NCBI GenBank assembly: GCA_046761065.1
Contig: JBHIFL010000062.1
Span: forward strand, 1-22,734
Origin: Candidatus Heimdallarchaeota archaeon
Lineage (GTDB): Archaea > Asgardarchaeota > Wukongarchaeia > Wukongarchaeales > JBHIFL01
Direction of reading: 5' to 3'
DNA length: 22,734 nucleotides
Position numbers and translations under genes: made by a program
Notes under the pieces: generated by a model
What the model was told of the DNA's origin: nothing
The model's input: the letters and a program-made list of their open reading frames with translations, nothing else
Databases searched by the model: none
In this document: piece after piece, positions 10,010-16,007 of the stretch
Numbering within the stretch: position 1 is the first letter of the stretch
How the letters are laid out: every line of letters starts with the position of its first letter

Positions 10010-10414
10010 ATGATGCCCATGGAACCCCCAGATATGGAACGGTTAACGCAAGAGATTCAGCGTGCTTGCCTCGGCTACTTAGATCAGGTTGGGTTCGTGC
10101 TACTTTTTGGTTCGACATCCGAGGGCAACGCCACGCCCCTATCAGATGTCGATCTCGCTATCTGCTACCTGGGCACCCCGCCGGAGGCCTTCCAGTTTTT
10201 GAAGTGGTTTCTGGGCGGCTCGATGCCCAATACGATGTGAAGATCTTCCAACTGCTCCCCCCTTTACGTTCAAGTGGAGGCGGTTAAGGGACGCCTGCTC
10301 TTCGGAGACGAGGCGCTCGTTTATGAGGTTGCAACGGCAACGGTACGAGAGTACGAAGCGTTCAAGCCATAATACCTTGACTACATCCATCCCTACACCG
10401 AGGTGAGCGAATGA
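10010..10414 (+). pseudogene. Minimal nucleotidyltransferase (MNT/MntA-type antitoxin), disrupted
   Basis: LFGS...SDVDLAI motif; one base missing at ~10203, one extra C in the C6 run 10257-10262, in-frame TAA at 10370. The repaired reading (..YDVKIFQLLPLYVQVEAVKG..YEVATATVREYEAFKP*YLDY..) ends in an ATGA overlap with the HEPN start. Confidence 0.85.
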
Positions 10415-10860
10415 AGCGGAGGTTACGAAGGGAACGGATTCACAAGAAGCTGAAGGACATAAGTGACACGACGACGATTGTAGCCGATCACCTCCCCGAG
10501 GATTTTGACGCTTTCACCCAGCTAGGACTTGTGAAGGATGGCATCTATCAGAAAATTGAGTTCGCAATAGAGTGCATGCTGGATGTCTTGGCGATTTTGG
10601 ATGCTAATCTCGCCTTAGGCGTCCCTGGAAATGAGGGAGCCATCATTGGACACGTAGAACAGAAAAACATCATAGACCACAACCACGCAGAGAAGGTCCG
10701 GGAAATGCGCGGGTTCCGCAATCTCCTCATTCATCGGTACAGCGATATCAACGATCGGCTGGCCTTTCATACCCTGAAGGAGCACCTCACCGATTTTGAT
10801 GAGTTCATCCGGATCATCGAACGCTTCCTTGCGACAGTAAATCCCGATAACCCACCATAG
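10411..10860 (+). CDS. HEPN (DUF86/HepT-like) RNase toxin
   Basis: GFRNLLIHRY is an intact RX4HXY motif; GAGGTGA SD; translationally coupled to the MNT gene. Confidence 0.92.
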   Translation: MKRRLRRERIHKKLKDISDTTTIVADHLPEDFDAFTQLGLVKDGIYQKIEFAIECMLDVLAILDANLALGVPGNEGAIIGHVEQKNIIDHNHAEKVREMRGFRNLLIHRYSDINDRLAFHTLKEHLTDFDEFIRIIERFLATVNPDNPP

Positions 10861-10980
10861 CAGAGGAAGGCCTGGCAATCGGCCCTTATTTCTAGAGGCT
10901 GCTAAAACAGAGAGCATAGATAGCGGAAAGACAGAGGGCTACCCAAATACACTCCTAATTGAAAAATCATTCCACCTTTT

Positions 10981-11225
10981 ATGAGGAATAGTATTGCAAC
11001 ACTACTTGGTGAGAGGCTACAAGAAGCTGCAGATATAGCATCAAAAAGATAGAAACAACCCGACACAGAGCCTTAAATAAAACAGTGAAAAAATATGGAG
11101 CAGAGGACGTTTGGCACATACTACAAGCCCAGGTAGTCTTTAAAAAACGAAAACCGCCAGAAGATAAGACTATTTTTGAATAGGACCGAGGGTGGCTAAC
11201 AAAGTCGTTCAAGTCCAAATATCAC
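10981..11225 (+). pseudogene. DUF5771-like remnant
   Basis: GERLQEA[frameshift ~11030]YSIKKIETTRHRALNKTVKKYGAEDVWHILQAQVVFKKRKPPEDKTIFE*DRGWLTKSF resembles the DUF5771 pattern (GY..K...RxRAL.KAV..YG...V...L.A.......P....IF..DR.W); TAG at 11181. Recognised by eye only. Confidence 0.6.
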
Positions 11226-11699
11226 CAACTGAAGCAATTGAAGCATGAAATTCTAGGAGTGAAGCAGAATAAGCGCGTAGGATGGCGGGTGGCTAGTGAA
11301 AAAAATGAAATATCAAACATATCAAACACAGAGAAAACGCTACAGCACTTTTTTCTTCGAGCAAGGGGTAACAGGCCCACTCTAATACTTATTTTGTTTG
11401 TTGAAAAAGTGCGTTCGCCTGCGGTGAAATTTGTTTATATTCCTGTCCCCAATCTTTTTGAGAGAACAGTGCTTTTATCTTTATATGTCCCGGTTTTCCT
11501 CAAACATGGTTTCTGAATCCCTCCACATTTTGCTCTACTCCCTGAGCGCCACTGGGCTCAGCCACCTACACATTGTCCTGCTTGTGGAACTGGGACTCTG
11601 AACCCGGTTTGGCACCGCGTACACGTATTATTGCCAAACGATTCCTAGGTGGCTCCCTACTATCGGACGCACAGCTCGCACCCCGTTGGAACGGACCAA

Positions 11700-13109
11700 T
11701 GACTGACCTCCACCCTCGTCTCCCCGCCCCACCCCTCTCCCGCCTCGACCCCACCGATGCACCGCCACCTCCCTCTCTCCCCCGCCCCCCCTTGTGCCCT
11801 AACGCAACACACATAAACTCCCCCTTCCACCCTACCTCCTACTAGGAGTCGACCTACCATGCCCTCGACCTTCCTCCGCGCCTTCAAACCCTTCATGGGC
11901 TTCGTCCCCGAAGTCAAAAAACCCGAGGTCGAAGTCCCCTTCAACCGGAAACTCATCTACACCTTCCTCGCCCTCATCACCTACTTCATCATGTCCTCCA
12001 TCACCATCTATGGCATCGAAATCCAACAAGGCGGCACCGACCCCTTCTACTGGGTCCGCACCATCATGGCCTCCTCCCGCGGCACCCTCGCCGAACTCGG
12101 CATCGGCCCCATCGTCACCGCCGGCCTCATCATGCAGATCCTCGTCGGCTCCAAAATCATTAACGTCGACATGGCCGACCCCGAAGACCGCTCCCTCTAC
12201 ACCGGTGTCCAAAAGGTCCTCGCCGTCTTTATGACCATCTTCGAAGCCTTCGCCTACATCCTCGGCGGCGCCTACGGCGACCTCGGCCTCAACCAGGTCG
12301 TCCTCGTCCTCACTCAGCTCATCGCCGCCGGCCTCGTCATCATCCTCCTCGACGAAATGGTCCAGAAAGGCTGGGGCCTTGGCTCCGGCATCTCCCTCTT
12401 CATCGCCGCTGGCGTCGCCCAGCAAATCATGTGGAACGCCTTCGCCCTCATCCAGTCCACGACCGACACCTTTTACCACGGCGCCATCGTTGCCTTTCTC
12501 CAAGCCCTCTTCGGCGCCGGCGCCGTCCGCGCCACCCTCATCCGCGCCGCTGGCACCCCTGACATCCTCGGCGTCTTCGCTACCATCGCCGTCTTCCTCA
12601 TCGTCATCTACTTCGAAGCCATGCGCATCGAAATCCCCGTCCAGTACGCCCGCTACCGCGGCCTTCGCGGTAAATACCCCATCAAACTCCTCTACGTCTC
12701 CAACATCCCCGTCATCCTCGCCTCCGCCGTCTTCGCCGACATCTTCTTCGTCGCCAAAATGTTCCACAACCGCTGGGGGGACAACTTCTTCGTCCGCCTC
12801 CTCGGCACCTTCAACGACAAAGGGAGCCCCGAAGGCGGCCTCGCCTACTTCATCAGCCCCCCCCGCGGCCCGCAAGAGGTCCTCGCCGAACCCCTCCACG
12901 CCCTCATCTACGCCGCCATCCTCATCATCCTCTGCATCGGCTTCTCCAAAATGTGGCTCGAAACCGCCGGCATGGGCCCCGCCACCGTCGCCCAACAGCT
13001 CATCGACGCCGGCCTCCAGGTCCCCGCCTTCCGCCGCAAGTCCAAAGTCATGGAAAAGATCCTCGCCCGCTTCATCCCCACCGCCGCCGTCATCGGCGGC
13101 CTCTTCATC
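11700..13109 (+). other. Strongly C-skewed tract covering the upstream non-coding DNA and most of secY
   Basis: Hand count: 38 of the first 50 secY codons end in C and none end in T; non-coding 11705-11858 is dominated by C runs; abrupt end at 13110. Confidence 0.95.
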
Positions 13110-13271
13110 GGTGTTCTTGCGGCTTCTGCCGACTTTTTGGGAGCGCTCGGGACTGGAACTGGGATACTCCTCACGGTCTCCATACTTAAGCAATATGCTG
13201 AACTTTTAGCCAAGGAACAAGCGGCGGAGATGCACCCAGCAATGCGAGAATTTCTGGGTATTTTAGGATAG
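11859..13271 (+). CDS. secY: Preprotein translocase subunit SecY / Sec61alpha
   Basis: DPFYWVRTIMASSRGTLAELGIGPIVTAGLIMQ, LLDEMVQKGWGLGSGISLFIA, YPIKLLYVSNIPVIL, ADFLGALGTGTGILL; ~10 TM segments; AGGAG SD before the ATG. Confidence 0.98.
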   Translation: MPSTFLRAFKPFMGFVPEVKKPEVEVPFNRKLIYTFLALITYFIMSSITIYGIEIQQGGTDPFYWVRTIMASSRGTLAELGIGPIVTAGLIMQILVGSKIINVDMADPEDRSLYTGVQKVLAVFMTIFEAFAYILGGAYGDLGLNQVVLVLTQLIAAGLVIILLDEMVQKGWGLGSGISLFIAAGVAQQIMWNAFALIQSTTDTFYHGAIVAFLQALFGAGAVRATLIRAAGTPDILGVFATIAVFLIVIYFEAMRIEIPVQYARYRGLRGKYPIKLLYVSNIPVILASAVFADIFFVAKMFHNRWGDNFFVRLLGTFNDKGSPEGGLAYFISPPRGPQEVLAEPLHALIYAAILIILCIGFSKMWLETAGMGPATVAQQLIDAGLQVPAFRRKSKVMEKILARFIPTAAVIGGLFIGVLAASADFLGALGTGTGILLTVSILKQYAELLAKEQAAEMHPAMREFLGILG

Positions 13272-13342
13272 GAGCACGGAGATACGCCTAGAACGGATAT
13301 CAGTACTAAAGAAGAGGAATCTCGCGATTTCAAAAAAAATTC

Positions 13343-13367
13343 AAAAGGAGTCCGCTTTTCCTTTTTT
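13343..13367 (+). terminator. Probable secY terminator (short inverted repeat plus T tracts)
   Basis: AAAAGGA-gtccgcttt-TCCTTTTTT, ~70-95 nt after the stop. Confidence 0.4.
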
Positions 13368-13726
13368 ACATAACAAATACACTTAATTAAGTTCTTTTCA
13401 CTATAAAAAAGGCATCAAATTAATCTATTTGATAGAAGAAGGTGACTTTGTTAAAAATTCGAATTATATGTTTTGAAAGGACAGATTTCGTAAATTAGAG
13501 AAAATTGCTTATACTGTTCGAGTACCCAAGAACCCAAACAAAAGGGAATTGAGATTGGGAAACCAGTTTAAACGATAACAATTCTATAAATTTTAAAAGC
13601 GGATTTTTGAATTCTTAAACCAAATTTTTGTGAGTAATGATATTAAAACTATTATTTCTTAATTTAGGCTGAAAATTTTGTGTTTTTGGTGTAGGATTAA
13701 CAGAGTATGTAGGAGTATTTAAAGTT

Positions 13727-13744
13727 TGTTCCAAAATTGGAACA
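13727..13744. promoter_or_regulatory. Perfect 8-2-8 inverted repeat in the AT-rich intergenic region; candidate protein-binding site
   Basis: TGTTCCAA-AA-TTGGAACA. Confidence 0.4.
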
Positions 13745-13788
13745 TTTGTATTTTAAAATAGCCTTTATATTGAAAAAGAAGCTCAGAC

Positions 13789-13829
13789 GACAAAACTCCA
13801 ACCCCCCATATTTATCCTTGGAGTTTGTC
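13789..13829. repeat. Imperfect inverted repeat just downstream of the LAGLIDADG stop
   Basis: GACAAAACTCCAA ... TTGGAGTTTGTC (one-base bulge, 16-nt loop). Confidence 0.5.
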
Positions 13830-13836
13830 CCGCGAG

Positions 13837-15138
13837 TTATTCAAAGTTTTTAGGTAAAAATGAGTTCCAGTCTTCTAATAAGTTAATTTCTTCTTTTCGG
13901 GTGAGTGGGAGCCATGCTGACTCATAAACAAAGTAGGTACGGAGATAGTCACGGAGGAGTTTGTGTTTAGTATCGTATCCACCATTTGTTCGTGTTAAAC
14001 TTTGAAACCCGAAAAGTTGGTGAACTTTTTCAACTGTTTGTTCAAGGTCGCGATAGTGTCCCCGATGTTTACCAGTTGTCACTGCAATGCCATTTTTGGT
14101 AGGAGACAAGTATTTTAAGAGTATCAGCACTTGTTTTGTGGGTTTCAATGGTAAATGTATGGGATAGCTTGCATGAGGGTAGACAAATTTTGCGTGATGT
14201 GTAATTAAGTAGGGATATGCATCGTCTCCGAACATGGTCAGAAGGTGTAATACTCTTATTCGTTGATCTTTTATTATCACATGAAGCTTAGGAAGTAACG
14301 CGAGGTTCAAATATCCTTTTTCCGTCAAAGAACTCGACTTCACCCCTTTGAATACAGTGACCTTTGTACCTTGCCTTAGTAGATTGAGACATTGTTGTTG
14401 CTTGTTTGGGTGCCACGACCCAACAAGCTGGGAAAAAACCTTGTAGCTGCCAATTTTCAGCTGAATTGTATTACCTTTCTTATAAAAATGCGTATAATAG
14501 TTCAGCTCATGTTGTTCAAGGAAATATTCGAAATCTCGGATTAACTGATCTGAAACCGTACCAAACTGCATGGTTTGACTGTATGAGCCATCGGTATCAA
14601 AGAGCCCCCGCCAATAGAATCGTTCTAGTTTTGAATTTTTCAGAATCAGAGGACAGCGTAATACATGATATTTCTTACCGTATGGCTGGTCTGTTAGCAA
14701 ATTAAGAAGGCGACCTGCCCAGACTGATTTAATAAAGAGAATATACACGCCCCTTGAGCCCCGAACGATTTTGGGGCGCCCTCCAAACAGGGTAGTGGTT
14801 AACTCGAGGAGTTTTCGGATAAATGCAGGATAATTATCTATAATGGAGATATGAGTTCGAGTGAGGCTTCCATCGCCAGCACAAACTCCTAGGAAATAGG
14901 CTAATTTAGGAGATAGATGAATCGGCATACGGAAAGTAATGTGTTTAAAAGACTCCCAAGAAGTGTAAGAAAGCCAAGTTGCTAAAGCCTTCCGTCTGTT
15001 TTGGGTGAGTTCTGCTAACACACGTACAATAACAAAAGGAAGTCTCTTTTGGTGAATGTATTTTCGTAAAATCCTTTCAAAATACGTTGGATCTTTGGGA
15101 TACACATCATCCAAATAGTCTTTGGTCTTTAAAACCAA
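13837..15138 (-). CDS. Free-standing LAGLIDADG endonuclease-family protein (two motifs plus a C-terminal extension)
   Basis: LAYFLGVCAGDGSL and FYWRGLFDTDGSY motifs; no intein splice-junction residues (no N-terminal Cys block, no terminal HN). Confidence 0.88.
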   Translation of the reverse strand: MVLKTKDYLDDVYPKDPTYFERILRKYIHQKRLPFVIVRVLAELTQNRRKALATWLSYTSWESFKHITFRMPIHLSPKLAYFLGVCAGDGSLTRTHISIIDNYPAFIRKLLELTTTLFGGRPKIVRGSRGVYILFIKSVWAGRLLNLLTDQPYGKKYHVLRCPLILKNSKLERFYWRGLFDTDGSYSQTMQFGTVSDQLIRDFEYFLEQHELNYYTHFYKKGNTIQLKIGSYKVFSQLVGSWHPNKQQQCLNLLRQGTKVTVFKGVKSSSLTEKGYLNLALLPKLHVIIKDQRIRVLHLLTMFGDDAYPYLITHHAKFVYPHASYPIHLPLKPTKQVLILLKYLSPTKNGIAVTTGKHRGHYRDLEQTVEKVHQLFGFQSLTRTNGGYDTKHKLLRDYLRTYFVYESAWLPLTRKEEINLLEDWNSFLPKNFE

Positions 15139-15398
15139 TATTCAAATTTTTCTTTGATAAGATCTTTCAAAGGCTTTGTTAAATGAATATAGGGCATTCT
15201 CGCAAAAATCCTATCCCGTTTGGATGTTCTAATGAAATCTATTTTCCTTACAAGGGCCCCATAGAGATTGAATGTGTTGGAAGTGAGATATAGAACATTG
15301 GATGCATTCTTTTCAAGAAGTACATTAGCTGTAATCCAATTATTTGGTCCTACAGGTTTTTGATCTAATAAGAGAGGGTCATTCTGCCACGTTATCAA
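15129..15398 (-). CDS. Small ORF, or frameshifted N-terminus of the LAGLIDADG protein; begins with the 'WxNDPLLLD..WITAN' module
   Basis: GGTGAT SD followed by TTG at 15398; overlaps the LAGLIDADG ORF by 10 nt; coding status supported by a homologous copy at 18964. Confidence 0.7.
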   Translation of the reverse strand: MITWQNDPLLLDQKPVGPNNWITANVLLEKNASNVLYLTSNTFNLYGALVRKIDFIRTSKRDRIFARMPYIHLTKPLKDLIKEKFEYWF

Positions 15399-15519
15399 CG
15401 CTATCACCTATCAAGTACACTGGTAACCATATATAGACCAACAATTAAGAGATATAATCAAAGAATGGGTTACTCTAATAGAATGGTTATTGCATATAGT
15501 AAGTTCCACTAAACGGCGG

Positions 15520-15723
15520 TCAAGAATCGGAAGGGTTCGAGATTGAAGTTCCAGGCTTCAAAATAATTAGTTCTTTCCCATTTCTGAGGATCATTTCTAG
15601 TTCATCTTGTGGCTTAAGATCCCAAGTATCGGCGACCACCTTGGGGATAGTAATCCGGAGTCCTCCACCCCCTGCAGCACTCACTCTATATTTTTTTAAA
15701 CGAATATCTGCGATTTTACTCAC
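15520..15723 (-). CDS. AbrB/MazE/SpoVT-family DNA-binding protein
   Basis: GGGLRITIPKVVADTWDLKPQDELEM...KELIILKP swapped-hairpin signature. Confidence 0.88.
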   Translation of the reverse strand: MSKIADIRLKKYRVSAAGGGGLRITIPKVVADTWDLKPQDELEMILRNGKELIILKPGTSISNPSDS

Positions 15724-16007
15724 CAGCAGGTGATTTTGTGCCTAATTATTTATCCTTTTTTCGACTGATGAAATGACAGATACCTTTTTATATCCTTATT
15801 TATTACTTATTTTATGACTGATATTTTAGGCATTTTGGAAGGTTAGAGTTATGGAGTCAAAATTTGTCACCCAAATTCGAAGATTACACAATTTTAGTCC
15901 TTTTGTTAGTAGATATTCTAGTCATTGGGATAGTATGTTTTATTCAAGATTTTCCAAAGAGTGTAGGGGTTTTTAAGAATAATTAGCTACATAAAGAAGG
16001 ATTCAAG

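Noticed and set aside
11566-11956. Pro-rich and Gly/Arg-rich ORFs upstream of secY
   Set aside because: Products of low-complexity C runs; no motif or SD support.
11700-13109. Diversity-generating retroelement as the cause of the skew
   Set aside because: No reverse transcriptase or TR/VR pair in the window, and the changes are synonymous across 1.4 kb of a conserved gene.
11832-13193. 453-aa acidic Gly/Asp/Glu-rich antisense ORF
   Set aside because: Shadow of secY: NNC codons read as GNN on the opposite strand and cannot be stops; the ORF is nearly co-extensive with the C-skewed tract.
12010-13209. Ser/Pro-rich and Arg/His/Pro-rich alternative-frame ORFs (mucin-like look)
   Set aside because: Frame-shifted readings of C-ending codons inside secY.
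13500-13570. ORB-like AAACAAAAGGG and GGGAAAC words
   Set aside because: They lack the TCCAxTGGA core and repetition, and no orc1/cdc6 gene is nearby.
13837-15138. Intein or intron-encoded homing endonuclease
   Set aside because: No splice-junction motifs, no host extein and no flanking rRNA or tRNA sequence.
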